Origin: Candidatus Latescibacterota bacterium
GTDB lineage: Bacteria > Latescibacterota > UBA2968
DNA length: 64,000 bases
Assembly: GCA_965222605.1 (NCBI GenBank)
Contig: OZ244960.1
Location: 3,392,001 to 3,456,000 of the forward strand
Direction: 5' to 3'
The stretch's first letter is position 1, and each line of letters opens with the position of its first letter. A model generated the notes under the pieces. The model saw only the letters and a program-made list of their open reading frames with translations, had not been told where the DNA came from and searched no databases. Of the stretch, positions 1 through 10,071 are shown one piece after another. The position numbers and the translations under genes are program-made.

Positions 1-4
1 AACT

Positions 5-2014
5 ATGGATGTGCGTGTTGAATTAAATTTACAAGACCTTGCCCCAGACTTTGATGGGGATGGTCAGGTTGGTTTTTCGGACTTTTTGGCGTTTGCGGGT
101 CAGTTTGGGTCACGTCAGGGCGATGGGAGATATGAAGCGAAGTACGATCTGGACAGCGATGGTGCGATTGGCTTTGGCGATTTTCTGCTCTTTAGCAGTA
201 GCTTTGGCAAAGAGGTATCTACGTCTAACGATGGTGGCGGTGGACCGGAAACGCAGGTTACCATTCCGGATGCAAACCTGCGCACAGCAATCGAGACCGC
301 ACTGCGTAAGGCGGGGGGTGCGTCGATCAGTAGAGCAGAGATGGCGAGTTTGACACGCCTTGAGGCATCGGAATCGGATATTCGCGATTTAACCGGACTC
401 GAATTTGCAACTGGTCTGACATCGCTGATCCTTGCCGATAATATCATCTCGGACATCACACCTCTATCAGGCTTAACCAACCTGACATCGCTGATTCTTT
501 CCGATAATGTCATCTCGGACATCACGCCGTTGTCGGGCTTAACCAACCTGACATTGCTGATTCTTTCCGGCAATTTCTTCTCAGATATCTCGCCGTTGTC
601 GGGCTTAACCAATCTGACATCGCTGAACCTTTCCCATAATATCATCTCGGACATCTCGCCATTGTCGGGCTTAACCAACCTATCAGTGCTGATTCTTTAC
701 GACGACAGGATGATCAGGGACAGGTCAGTACTGTCGCGTCTGGCCAACCTATCAGAAGTAGATATCCCGGATGCCAACTTGCGTGCGGCGATTAAGATTG
801 CTATGGGCAAGGTATCAGATGATCCGCTCACCGATTTTGAGATGGCATTCTTGTCAGAGCTTGAAGCTCCGAACTCGAACATCAGCGACTTGACCGGGCT
901 TGAGTTGGCAATCAGTCTGACAAGTTTGGACCTCGGCACAGAGTTGGTGTCTGGTGAGGGTTATGTTAATAGTAACCATATTTCCGATTTCTCGTCCCTA
1001 TCAGGCTTGACCAACCTGACAAGGTTGGCTCTTGGCGGCAACTCAATCTCGGACCTTTCTGCACTATCTGGTGCTATATCAAGATTGACCAATCTGGAAC
1101 GGCTGTATCTTAACAACAACAGCATCTCGGATGTGTCCGTACTGTCCGGCTTGACCAGGCTGGACCGGCTGTATCTTTACAACAACAGCATCTCGAACAT
1201 CACACCTCTGTCGGGCTTGACCAATCTGGAATGGCTGTATCTTGACAACAACAGCATCTCCGACCTCTCGCCCCTGTCGGGCTTGATCAATCTGGCAAAT
1301 CTGTCTCTTTCCCTCAACAGCATCTCCGACCTCTCGCCCCTGTCGGGCTTGACCAATCTGGTACGGCTGTGGCTTCCCCGCAACAGCATCTCGGATGTGT
1401 CCGCCCTGTCGGGCTTGACCAGCCTGACATCGCTGATTCTTTACAACAACAGCATCTCGGATGTGTCCGCCCTGTTCGGCTTGACCAATCTAAGGTCGCT
1501 GTTGCTTCACAACAACAACATCTCGGACATCACACCTTTGTCCGTCTTGACCAATCTGATATCGCTGTTTCTTTCCAGCAACAGCATCTCGGACATCACA
1601 CCTTTGTCCGTCTTGACCAGCCTGAGATCGCTGACTCTTTACAACAACAGCATCTCGGATGTGTCCGCCCTGTCGGGCTTGACCAATCTGGAAGGGCTGA
1701 GTCTTTATAACAACAGCATCTCGGATGTGTCCGCCCTGTCGGGCTTGACCAATCTGGACCGGCTGTATCTTTACAACAACAGGATCTCGGATCTTTCGCC
1801 TCTGGTCGCAAATACGGGATTGGGCAATGGAGATGTGGTTGATGTACGGAATAATCCGTTGAGTGATACATCAATCAATACGCATATCCCAGCCCTTCAG
1901 AGCAGAAGAGTTGAGGTGCGCTTTGGCGCGTCCAAGCCCGTGGTGGAAAAGGAAGAGCAAGACATACTCGGTGAGATGATGGATTCGTTTGAGATTGAGG
2001 AAAGGAGAAACTGA
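5..2014 (+). CDS. Internalin-like leucine-rich repeat protein with N-terminal paired EF-hand/dockerin-like motif (possibly 5'-incomplete at window edge)
   Basis: DFDGDGQVGFSDFLAF...DLDSDGAIGFGDF head; two IPDANLR cap modules; about 20 22-aa repeats LTNLxxLxLxxNxISDxSxLSG; C-cap LSPLVANTGLGNGDVVDVRNNPLS; no signal peptide seen, unlike its paralogue. Confidence 0.9.
   Translation: MDVRVELNLQDLAPDFDGDGQVGFSDFLAFAGQFGSRQGDGRYEAKYDLDSDGAIGFGDFLLFSSSFGKEVSTSNDGGGGPETQVTIPDANLRTAIETALRKAGGASISRAEMASLTRLEASESDIRDLTGLEFATGLTSLILADNIISDITPLSGLTNLTSLILSDNVISDITPLSGLTNLTLLILSGNFFSDISPLSGLTNLTSLNLSHNIISDISPLSGLTNLSVLILYDDRMIRDRSVLSRLANLSEVDIPDANLRAAIKIAMGKVSDDPLTDFEMAFLSELEAPNSNISDLTGLELAISLTSLDLGTELVSGEGYVNSNHISDFSSLSGLTNLTRLALGGNSISDLSALSGAISRLTNLERLYLNNNSISDVSVLSGLTRLDRLYLYNNSISNITPLSGLTNLEWLYLDNNSISDLSPLSGLINLANLSLSLNSISDLSPLSGLTNLVRLWLPRNSISDVSALSGLTSLTSLILYNNSISDVSALFGLTNLRSLLLHNNNISDITPLSVLTNLISLFLSSNSISDITPLSVLTSLRSLTLYNNSISDVSALSGLTNLEGLSLYNNSISDVSALSGLTNLDRLYLYNNRISDLSPLVANTGLGNGDVVDVRNNPLSDTSINTHIPALQSRRVEVRFGASKPVVEKEEQDILGEMMDSFEIEERRN
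1090..1800 (+). repeat. 66-bp tandem coding repeats (LRR units)
   Basis: Recurrent aacaacagcatctcggatgtgtccgccctgtcgggcttgaccaatctg at 66-bp period; an analogous array lies at about 2515-3330; boundaries approximate. Confidence 0.85.
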
Positions 2015-3555
2015 TGCGTAAACAGATTCTGTTCATTCTATCAACACTTGCGCTTTTGATGTATCCGCTGTCTCTTTCGGGGCAGAATAGTACGGCGGGC
2101 GATCAAGAACTTACCCCGGACTTTGATGGGGATGGTCAGGTTGGCTTCCCTGATTTTTTGGCGTTTGCAGGTCAGTTTGGGTCACGTCAGGGTGATGGGC
2201 GTTATGATGCCAGATATGATCTGGACAGGGATGGCGAAATTGGATTTTCCGATTTTCTGATTTTTAGCAGCAGTTTTGGCAAAAGCGGCGACGAGGTGGC
2301 GCTTGTTGTCATTCCGGATGTAAATCTGCGTGCTATTATCGAGGGTCTTCTCGGCAAGGCGAGTGGTGCGCCGATCATGAGGAATGAGATGGCGCGCTTA
2401 ATGCGCCTTGAGGCACGGAATGCGAACATCGGGGATTTGACCGGGCTTGAGTTTGCCCCCCGTTTGACATTCCTGGATTTTGGTGATGAGAGAGTGGAAG
2501 GGCAATCTGTCAATAGCAACATCATCTCGGATCTTACGCCCCTATCGGGTTTGACCGACCTGATATATCTGTATCTTACCGACAACGACATATCGGATAT
2601 CACGCCCCTATCGGGTTTGACCAGTCTGGAGAGACTGGATCTTTCCAGCAATAGTATCTCGGACGTCACGCCCCTATCGGGCTTGACCGACCTGACGTAT
2701 CTGTATCTTACCGACAACGACATCACGGACCTCACCCCCCTATCGGGTTTGGACAATCTATGGTCGCTGCATCTTACCGACAACATCATCACGGATCTTA
2801 CGCCCCTATCGGGTTTGACCAACCTGAGAAATCTGTATCTTTTCTACAACATCATCACGGATCTTACGCCCCTATCGGGTTTGACCGACCTGACGTATCT
2901 GTATCTTACCGGCAACGGGCTCACGGACCTTACGCCCCTATCGGGTTTGACCAGTCTGCAAAAGCTGTATCTTTCCAGCAACAGCATCTCGGATATCACG
3001 GCCCTATCGGGTTTGACCAATCTAAGATGGCTGATTCTTTTCAGCAACAACATCTCGGATATATCTGCACTCTCAGGATTGACCAATCTGAGATTGCTGT
3101 CTCTTTCCGACAACATCATCTCGGACGTCACGCCCCTATCGGGTTTGACCAATCTGACAACATTGTCTCTTTCCGTCAACAGCATCACGGATCTCACGCC
3201 CTTATCGGACTTGACCAATCTGACAAATCTGTATCTTGATCGCAACAGTATATCGGACCTTACGCCCCTATCGAGCATGACCCGTTTGGAGAGGCTGATT
3301 CTTTTTGCCAACAGTATCTCGGACCTGTCGCCTTTGGTTGCAAACACGGGATTGGGTACTGGAGATTTTGTTGATGTGGAGAATAATCCGTTGAGTGCCA
3401 TATCATACAGAACGCATATCCCAGCCCTTCAGGATAGAGGAGTTATTGTGATTGTTGGCGCGTCCAAGCCCGCGGTGGCGGAGAAAGAACAAGACATACC
3501 CGATGGGATGATGGAATTTTTGGAGATGGAGGAAGAGAAGGGCGTGATCAGGTAA
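2014..3555 (+). CDS. Secreted internalin-like LRR protein with EF-hand/dockerin-like motif (paralogue of upstream gene)
   Basis: Signal peptide MRKQILFILSTLALL; same DFDGDG head, IPDVNLR cap, 22-aa repeats and C-cap; TGATG stop/start overlap with AAGGAG upstream. Confidence 0.92.
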   Translation: MRKQILFILSTLALLMYPLSLSGQNSTAGDQELTPDFDGDGQVGFPDFLAFAGQFGSRQGDGRYDARYDLDRDGEIGFSDFLIFSSSFGKSGDEVALVVIPDVNLRAIIEGLLGKASGAPIMRNEMARLMRLEARNANIGDLTGLEFAPRLTFLDFGDERVEGQSVNSNIISDLTPLSGLTDLIYLYLTDNDISDITPLSGLTSLERLDLSSNSISDVTPLSGLTDLTYLYLTDNDITDLTPLSGLDNLWSLHLTDNIITDLTPLSGLTNLRNLYLFYNIITDLTPLSGLTDLTYLYLTGNGLTDLTPLSGLTSLQKLYLSSNSISDITALSGLTNLRWLILFSNNISDISALSGLTNLRLLSLSDNIISDVTPLSGLTNLTTLSLSVNSITDLTPLSDLTNLTNLYLDRNSISDLTPLSSMTRLERLILFANSISDLSPLVANTGLGTGDFVDVENNPLSAISYRTHIPALQDRGVIVIVGASKPAVAEKEQDIPDGMMEFLEMEEEKGVIR

Positions 3556-3590
3556 ACCAGATGAGTGTCTGTCTTGATGAAGACGCTGTA

Positions 3591-3628
3591 ATAAAAAGAG
3601 CGAGTCAAAAAGGACTCGCTCTTTTTAT
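3591..3628. terminator. Bidirectional intrinsic terminator between convergent genes
   Basis: Perfect 16-bp inverted repeat ataaaaagagcgagtc-aaaaag-gactcgctctttttat. Confidence 0.85.
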
Positions 3629-3646
3629 GTCGATAAATCGACGCGA

Positions 3647-4396
3647 TTACCCAGCTAATGCGCGCATGGTTTCGACACATCGGGTCAGGGCGGGTACGGG
3701 GTTTTCGACGTCGGCTTCGTATTCGATGACGGCCATGCCATCAAAGCCGCCTTTTTCGAGGCCGGCGACAAAAGCGGGAAGGTCGAGCGTGCCTTCGCCG
3801 ACGACGGTGTCGTGCCATTGACCGTTGGGATCAAAGACGAAGTCTTTGTAGTGGATGCCGTAGATTTGCCCGGCGAAGTCTTCTGCCCATTTGACGGGGT
3901 TGCCCTGACGAGGGCCAATTTGTAAGGCCCAGGCTGTGTCGATGCACAGGCCTACTTCGGGCGCGCCAAGGCCGATGAGGTGTTTGAGTACGCCGGGTTG
4001 GCCGCCAAAGTGATATCCGCCGTGGCAGTGAATGCCCACGCGTATGCCGTATTCCCGACACCATGCGCGTACCTGTGTGATGGCTTTGGGATAGGATTCG
4101 AGCTGGAAATGGCAGGAGATATGTTTGGCGCCTGCAATGGCGGCGCATTCAAAGAAGGATTTTTCAGCGGGGCTGCCGGTGAAGGTTTGCACGCCGATGG
4201 AGATGACGGATACACCTGCGTCGTTGTAGGTTTTGACGATGTCTTTCCATGCGTCGGGGTTTTGGAAGTCGGCGTGGACCCCACAGACTTCGATTTTGTC
4301 GAGGCCAATGTCTTTTACTTTTTGGGCGACGTCGGCATTGTCTTTGAAGTAGCGAAAGCAAAAACTTTGGACTCCGTAATCCAGTGCTGCACTCAT
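3647..4396 (-). CDS. Sugar phosphate isomerase/epimerase (xylose-isomerase-like TIM barrel)
   Basis: GLCIDTAW, IHYKD, VGEGTLD, VIEYE motifs. Confidence 0.85.
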   Translation of the reverse strand: MSAALDYGVQSFCFRYFKDNADVAQKVKDIGLDKIEVCGVHADFQNPDAWKDIVKTYNDAGVSVISIGVQTFTGSPAEKSFFECAAIAGAKHISCHFQLESYPKAITQVRAWCREYGIRVGIHCHGGYHFGGQPGVLKHLIGLGAPEVGLCIDTAWALQIGPRQGNPVKWAEDFAGQIYGIHYKDFVFDPNGQWHDTVVGEGTLDLPAFVAGLEKGGFDGMAVIEYEADVENPVPALTRCVETMRALAG

Positions 4397-4477
4397 GCAA
4401 AACTCCTTTGTTGAGTGGTTATTCCTAATTGAGAAACGAATTAACCCTACGAACTAATCAGCCCCATCAATAGAGCC

Positions 4478-4509
4478 GTCATTGCGGCATGATGTTAGCC
4501 GCGATCCAG
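4478..4509. repeat. REP-like short palindrome
   Basis: gtcattgcggc-atgatgtta-gccgcgatccag resembles GTCATTCCNGC...GCNGGAATCCAG-type intergenic repeats; single copy in window. Confidence 0.4.
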
Positions 4510-4549
4510 TGGTTTTGCGTTTTTATCCGTAGTTGCTTTTGTCCATCAA

Positions 4550-5464
4550 TTAACCTGATCTTTCCAATTTTTTGAATACGTCGGCGAAGATGGCGTTGCG
4601 GTTGAGTTGCGTGGCAACGCGCATGAAATGCCGACCGGGGTCATAGCTCCATGTGAGTTGATCGGTGAGTATGGGGCTGTGTACCAGTTGGGTTATGACC
4701 CAGTTTGGGTTGACGAGATAAGCTGTTGCGGAGAGATCCCAGATTTCTTTTGCCCAGGCGTAGTGGTCTTTGTGATAGCCGCGGACGGTTTCGGTGAGGA
4801 AATCGCCTATGGCACTTTTGCCCGCCACATGGGTTTCGAGTTCGGACAATGTGGTGAGAAGGTGAGAGGCGACGTTGCGGCAGGGGATCTGGACGAGAGG
4901 TACGCCGCTGTCGAAGATGGTGCGCGCGGCGAGGATGTCCTGTCGCAGATTAAATTCGATGGTGTTGGCCCAACTATGTTCGTGTCCGCCGAGCCAGACG
5001 ACGATAATGCGTTTGATGATTTCGGGTTCGAGGAGGATGGCAGATGCCACGTTGGTAATAGCGCCGATGGCAGCGACATAGAGCGGTTCATGAGATGCCA
5101 TGGCTTTGTCGAGGAGGTCGCGCACGGCGTCGTTGTCTTGGGGTGTGTCTGGTCCTGTGAGATAGTTTGTGGAGCCGCGAAATACGAGGTTGTTGTTGGG
5201 GATGTTGAGGCGGTTGAGGAGGCGGATGATTTCTTCATAGCTTCGTTCCATGCCATCGCCCGGTCCGCTGGAGCGTTGGTTGTGAAAGGGCGCGGCATAG
5301 ATGGCTTCAACCGAGATTTTCTCGGGCGATAAGAGCGCGTGTGCCACGGCGAATTGATCATCGACTTCGTTATATGTGTCCGTGTCGAGCACCACGCGCA
5401 CTTTGCCTGATGGCGGTGCTAATCTGTCGAGGCGCTGAGCGTGTGTGAGAGTGGGGAAGTTCAT
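4550..5464 (-). CDS. Nucleoside hydrolase (inosine-uridine-preferring family)
   Basis: VLDTDTYNEVDDQFA, IGAITNVA, EFNL, EIWD motifs. Confidence 0.9.
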   Translation of the reverse strand: MNFPTLTHAQRLDRLAPPSGKVRVVLDTDTYNEVDDQFAVAHALLSPEKISVEAIYAAPFHNQRSSGPGDGMERSYEEIIRLLNRLNIPNNNLVFRGSTNYLTGPDTPQDNDAVRDLLDKAMASHEPLYVAAIGAITNVASAILLEPEIIKRIIVVWLGGHEHSWANTIEFNLRQDILAARTIFDSGVPLVQIPCRNVASHLLTTLSELETHVAGKSAIGDFLTETVRGYHKDHYAWAKEIWDLSATAYLVNPNWVITQLVHSPILTDQLTWSYDPGRHFMRVATQLNRNAIFADVFKKLERSG

Positions 5465-5478
5465 AGGTATCTGTGTTT

Positions 5479-6270
5479 TTACGCGATTTCTTTTAGTTTT
5501 TCGATATTTTCAGGTTCATGTCTTTCTTGCCATTTTATATAATCCGCTCCTCCCACCTTCAGCGCGTCTATATAATCCTGGTTGATGTTCTTGCCCTCGT
5601 CGTTGATAACTGCAAGTCCCGAGACCTGTTTGTCTGTCAACGTCTTTCTATATTCAAAAATATCTTTCCACATGAACAGAAAACTGGATAAAGACGCCCT
5701 ATTAATGCTGTTGAAGCACTTTAGAACAATTTCCTTTTCCCGGTACGCTACCTGAAAGTCAAAACTGAATTCAATACCCACAGACCCTCTGGAAATGAAT
5801 TCAGGTGTATAGACTATCATTTGCTCATCCAGGTACTCCCGCACGTCATCTTTGAAAATATTGACAACTGTGGGCTTGGCAAGTACGTAGAAGTTGCTGA
5901 CTTCCAACATCGCTTGAAGCAAATCATGCTTTCTCTGAGGGAAATCGGATTCTCTGTTGGCTTGTGTTACAAGTTCGTTGCTCTTATTGCTTACGCCATA
6001 ACTGGCTAAGACTCTGCCCAGAAGTTCTCTCCGAGATGACGAGCGAGAAAAAGAAACGCCCATTAACTCCAAATCGTGGAGTGTCTTGCCGTCATCGGAG
6101 AGCATGATTTTGTCCCCTTCTTTCTTGGCGTATATTTCCAGTGTGTCATTGAATAGACCAGTAAAGGGAGTAGAAATAAGACCCCAATCGCTTTCGTTTC
6201 CCATAGGAATATAAGTTTTCGACCTGAGCCAGGTATAATACTTGTCTTCTTGTTCAGCAAGCCAGTTCAT
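5479..6270 (-). CDS. DUF1828/DUF1829-like protein
   Basis: ISTPF..ND.LEIY, LSDDGKTL.DL, RGSVGIEFSFDF, AVIND; lower GC than neighbours. Confidence 0.75.
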   Translation of the reverse strand: MNWLAEQEDKYYTWLRSKTYIPMGNESDWGLISTPFTGLFNDTLEIYAKKEGDKIMLSDDGKTLHDLELMGVSFSRSSSRRELLGRVLASYGVSNKSNELVTQANRESDFPQRKHDLLQAMLEVSNFYVLAKPTVVNIFKDDVREYLDEQMIVYTPEFISRGSVGIEFSFDFQVAYREKEIVLKCFNSINRASLSSFLFMWKDIFEYRKTLTDKQVSGLAVINDEGKNINQDYIDALKVGGADYIKWQERHEPENIEKLKEIA

Positions 6271-6295
6271 GATGATACCCTTATCTCTTCAGCGG

Positions 6296-6490
6296 TCATG
6301 AAACCCGTCCAGGCTCCCCGCTCGCGCCTTGTCCAGCGGTTTCTTTCAAGGCGCGCAGATCCACAATTTGCTGACCTTCCATCCGCTTTTTGGTTTGGAG
6401 ATAGGCAACAAGTGCCTCGATATCATACCCATGTTCCTGTGCGATGCTGTCTTTGATCTGCCAGAGTTCTTTGATGATTTCGTCAGACAT
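6296..6490 (-). CDS. Small hypothetical protein (antitoxin-like)
   Basis: MSDEIIKELWQIKDSIAQEHGYDIEALVAYLQ; GGGAG upstream; resembles small helical proteins often found beside PIN toxins. Confidence 0.6.
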   Translation of the reverse strand: MSDEIIKELWQIKDSIAQEHGYDIEALVAYLQTKKRMEGQQIVDLRALKETAGQGASGEPGRVS

Positions 6491-6517
6491 CTTCGAATAC
6501 TCCCATAAGTTCTTGCG

Positions 6518-7330
6518 TTACACAAGCACAGCTACGCCCTCAACGTATTCTTCAAAGAGTGCGATGTCTTCTTTCATCATGTCGGGGTTGTCTTTGAGGA
6601 AGAAGCCGACGAGGGCCACGTCGTTTTCGCGCATGGCTTTGCCCATGGTTTCAAAGGCTTCGAGGATGGGTTTGTTGCCGCCTGCGAAGACTTTGTAATG
6701 TACGACGGGACAGGGGATGGTGGCGATTACGCCGAGCATTTTGGCGCGGTCTTCTTCTTCCCACTTTTCGCCTTCGTCACTGTGGTGCGCGCTGCGAGAG
6801 CGGTCCGTGGGGTTGTAATAACTGCACATCTGGAAATCGGGGTCGAGGTTGTCGCGCACCCATTCGTGTGCCGCGGGTTGATGGGCTGCAAATCCAGATG
6901 CGACGCCCGCATTGGACATTGTGTCGAGAGCTTCGTAAAAATTGTCCCACTGTTCTGCGGCATACCAGTTATCGACCACGCCGCCGTGGATATAGGTGCC
7001 GCTTGCGCCCAGTTCGATGGATGCACTGAGCCATTTGCGCCAGGCATTGGGGTTGCCGCGCTCGATGCATACCTGTGCAAACCACTGGATGCTGCCGCCT
7101 TCATCCCAGTATTCTTCGAGGAGTCCCATGATGTGATCGTCTGTGCGCCCAAAGAAGGTGTTGATGCCGAGTTCTTCGGCCTGTCGCCAGGTGTCTTTGA
7201 TGCAGTTGGGCGTGTAATAATCGGTCATTTTTTTGCTGCGTTCTCTGGTCTGGTGCGAAAACCCGCTGAACGGGTTGCCGCCAATACAAATGCCCGAGAC
7301 ACTTACTCCGCCTATGTTTGCGTATCGCAT
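6518..7330 (-). CDS. Hypothetical protein, aldo/keto-reductase-like fold
   Basis: VSGICIGGNPFSGFSHQ N-terminus, YKVFAGG; AGGAG RBS. Confidence 0.65.
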   Translation of the reverse strand: MRYANIGGVSVSGICIGGNPFSGFSHQTRERSKKMTDYYTPNCIKDTWRQAEELGINTFFGRTDDHIMGLLEEYWDEGGSIQWFAQVCIERGNPNAWRKWLSASIELGASGTYIHGGVVDNWYAAEQWDNFYEALDTMSNAGVASGFAAHQPAAHEWVRDNLDPDFQMCSYYNPTDRSRSAHHSDEGEKWEEEDRAKMLGVIATIPCPVVHYKVFAGGNKPILEAFETMGKAMRENDVALVGFFLKDNPDMMKEDIALFEEYVEGVAVLV

Positions 7331-7341
7331 GTTTTGCTCCT

Positions 7342-8961
7342 TTATGGACGCATAAAGCCCGAGAAAAAGTCGTTGCCTTTGTCATCGACGACGATGAATG
7401 CGGGAAAGTCTTCGACTTCGATGCGCCATATTGCTTCCATGCCGAGTTCGGGATATTCCTGGCATTCGACCTTGCGAATGGCGTCTTTGGCGAGGCGTGC
7501 GGCGGGTCCGCCGATGGAGCCGAGGTAAAATCCGCCGTGTTTTTTGCACGCTTCTGTTACTTGTCGCGAGCGATTGCCTTTGGCAAGCATGACCATGCTG
7601 CCACCTTCTGCCTGGAATGAATCGACATAGCTGTCCATGCGTCCCGCGGTTGTGGGACCAAATGAACCGGAGGCGTATCCTTCAGGTGTTTTGGCGGGTC
7701 CTGCATAATAGACGCACAGGTCTTTGAAATACTGCGGAAGCCCTTCGCCGTTGTCTATGCGTTCCTGGAGTTGGGCGTGGGCAATATCGCGTGCGACGAT
7801 CATGGGGCCGGAGAGGGATAAGCGCGTGCTGACCGGATATTTGCTAAGGGTTTCGCGCACTTTGTCCATGGGCTGGTTGAGGTTGATTTTTACGACGTCG
7901 CCGCCGAGGGCTTCTTCATCTACTTCGGGGAGGTATTTCGCCGGATCGCTTTCCAATTCTTCGAGGAAGATGCCGTCGCGCGTTATTTTTCCCAGGATTT
8001 GTCGGTCGGCAGAGCAGGATACGGCAATGCCGACAGGGCAGGATGCGCCGTGGCGGGGCAGGCGAATAACGCGCACGTCGTGGCAGAAGTATTTGCCGCC
8101 AAATTGCGCGCCAATGCCGATTTCGTGACTCATTTCGAGGACTTGTTTTTCCATTTCGAGATCGCGGAAAGCCTGGCCGTATTCATTGCCCTGTGTGGGC
8201 AGAGTGTCGAGATATTTGGCACTTGCGAGTTTGGCGGTTTTGAGGGTGTATTCTGCGGATGTGCCGCCAATGACGAGGGCGAGGTGATAGGGGGGGCAGG
8301 CGGCTGTGCCGAGTTCGCGCAGGCGCAGGTCGATAAAGTCTCGCAGTCGTTCGGGATTGAGCAGGGCTCTGGTTTCTTGATAGAGCAGGCTTTTGTTGGC
8401 GGACCCACCGCCTTTGGCCATGAACATGAATTTGTACGTATCCCCTTGCTCGGCATAGATCTCGATTTGGGCTGGCAGGTTGGTTTTTGTATTTGCTTCT
8501 TGAAACATGTCGAGTGGTGCCAGTTGGCTGTAGCGCAGGTTCGTTTCCAGAAAGGCTCTGGTAATGCCGTGTGCGAGCGCGGCTTCGTCGCTGCCATCGG
8601 TCCACACGCGATTGCCCTTTTTGCCCATGATAATGGCTGTGCCCGTGTCCTGACACATGGGGAGGACACCGCCTGCGGCGATGTTGGCATTTTTGAGCAT
8701 TTCAATGGCGACAAAGCGGTCGTTGTCCGAGGCTTCGGGGTCGTCGAGAATTTTGGTTAGTTGTTTTAAGTGTGCGGGACGGAGCAGGTGCGCGCTGTCT
8801 CGAATGGCGCGGTCTGCCAGCAGGGTCAGGCCTTCGGTTTCGACTTTGAGGATTTCCTGGCCTTCAAATTGCCCCGTTGAAATATAATCGGTTGTGAGCA
8901 ACTGGTAGGGGGTTTCGTCTTCTCCCAGGGGTATCATTTCGCGGTGTTCGTAGGTGTCCAT
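7342..8961 (-). CDS. fumA: Fumarate hydratase class I (Fe-S)
   Basis: [50 protein letters not shown]. Confidence 0.95.
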   Translation of the reverse strand: MDTYEHREMIPLGEDETPYQLLTTDYISTGQFEGQEILKVETEGLTLLADRAIRDSAHLLRPAHLKQLTKILDDPEASDNDRFVAIEMLKNANIAAGGVLPMCQDTGTAIIMGKKGNRVWTDGSDEAALAHGITRAFLETNLRYSQLAPLDMFQEANTKTNLPAQIEIYAEQGDTYKFMFMAKGGGSANKSLLYQETRALLNPERLRDFIDLRLRELGTAACPPYHLALVIGGTSAEYTLKTAKLASAKYLDTLPTQGNEYGQAFRDLEMEKQVLEMSHEIGIGAQFGGKYFCHDVRVIRLPRHGASCPVGIAVSCSADRQILGKITRDGIFLEELESDPAKYLPEVDEEALGGDVVKINLNQPMDKVRETLSKYPVSTRLSLSGPMIVARDIAHAQLQERIDNGEGLPQYFKDLCVYYAGPAKTPEGYASGSFGPTTAGRMDSYVDSFQAEGGSMVMLAKGNRSRQVTEACKKHGGFYLGSIGGPAARLAKDAIRKVECQEYPELGMEAIWRIEVEDFPAFIVVDDKGNDFFSGFMRP

Positions 8962-8982
8962 TTTTTCCTTTCTTTTTTGGCT

Positions 8983-10071
8983 TTATTGTTCCAGCCATTC
9001 GAGGTCGAAGCGGGCGACGGTGACATATCGCGTGTCGTTCTGTCGCGTGAAGATTTGGTTTTCGTAGATGCAGCATATTGTGCCATCGGCTGTTTGGGCG
9101 AGGTCGGAATAACTCGAGGGTCCCGGTTCGAGGATTTTGGAGATGGGCCAGGTCTGGCAGTCGTCGGTGCTCATTTTGACGGTGAGGCGTTTGCGGTCAT
9201 AAGAGACGCGGCCGGGTCTGGTAAATTCGCGTTCGAGGTTGTCGGGATTGGCAAAAACGATGTTGCCATTTTGGAGTTTGAGGATGCTGCCCATGCACAC
9301 GGGTTCGAGCAAGGCGTCGTCGAATTGCAGTTCTGACCAGTTGGTCGCGCCATCGGGGCTGGTGGTGATGAGGCGGCGGTGGCGTTTGGATTCTGTGCGG
9401 ATGTTGAATAAGACGCGCCCGTCGTTGAGTTCAACGGGGAGTGTTTCGCTGGGGTTGATGTATTCGCCTTCTGTGCGTACGATGATGTCACTGCGCTGCC
9501 AGGTCTGTGCGTGGTCGTCGCTGTAGATGCCCGCGACTGTGGAGGGGCGATGCCCGAGTTTGCCCGCACCAAATTCCGTGCCGCTGCCGTCCGACATCCA
9601 GATGGGTACGATGAGGCGTCCGTTTTGAAGTTGTATGCCGTGCCCGGGGCCAGTGGCTATGACGCGCCAGGGGTATTGTTCGCGGAAGGGTGTGAGTACA
9701 TCTGTGATTTCAGTGGGGTCGGACCATGTAGCGCCGTCGTCTTTGCTCTGCATGTAAAATACGCGGGCGTAGTTGTGGCAATAGAGGGCGTGAACCGCGC
9801 CGTCTTTTTGGTCGGAGATCATGACAAAGTTGCTGATGGGACCTTCGCCATACATGTCGCAATGGGCAACAACGGTGGGCGGTTCCCAGGTCTGTCCACC
9901 GTCCGCACTGCGCCGCATGACCACGTCATTGCCATCCCAATCGCCGCCTCTGCCGCGTCGAGCCTCTGCCGTGGCGAGGAGGATGTTGTTTTGCGTACAG
10001 ATAATGCCCGGTACGCGGTAGATGTAATACCCGTTTGTGCGGCCTTCAAAGAGGTGGGTTTTGTCAATCAT
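8983..10071 (-). CDS. Exo-alpha-sialidase (GH33-like)
   Basis: YRVP motif; five Asp-boxes (SADGGQTW, SKDDGATW, SDDHAQTW, SPDGATNW, STDDCQTW); GPGHGIQL; SSYSDL. Confidence 0.9.
   Translation of the reverse strand: MIDKTHLFEGRTNGYYIYRVPGIICTQNNILLATAEARRGRGGDWDGNDVVMRRSADGGQTWEPPTVVAHCDMYGEGPISNFVMISDQKDGAVHALYCHNYARVFYMQSKDDGATWSDPTEITDVLTPFREQYPWRVIATGPGHGIQLQNGRLIVPIWMSDGSGTEFGAGKLGHRPSTVAGIYSDDHAQTWQRSDIIVRTEGEYINPSETLPVELNDGRVLFNIRTESKRHRRLITTSPDGATNWSELQFDDALLEPVCMGSILKLQNGNIVFANPDNLEREFTRPGRVSYDRKRLTVKMSTDDCQTWPISKILEPGPSSYSDLAQTADGTICCIYENQIFTRQNDTRYVTVARFDLEWLEQ

Noticed and set aside
400-3330. Regular repeat with variable inserts resembling a CRISPR array or DGR variable region
   Set aside because: The period is 66 bp, in-frame coding LRR units. 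There are no cas or reverse-transcriptase genes, and the variation is not adenine-specific.
115-3401. Antisense and alternate-frame repetitive ORFs (LVKPDRG..., QQQHLG...)
   Set aside because: Shadows of the LRR repeats.
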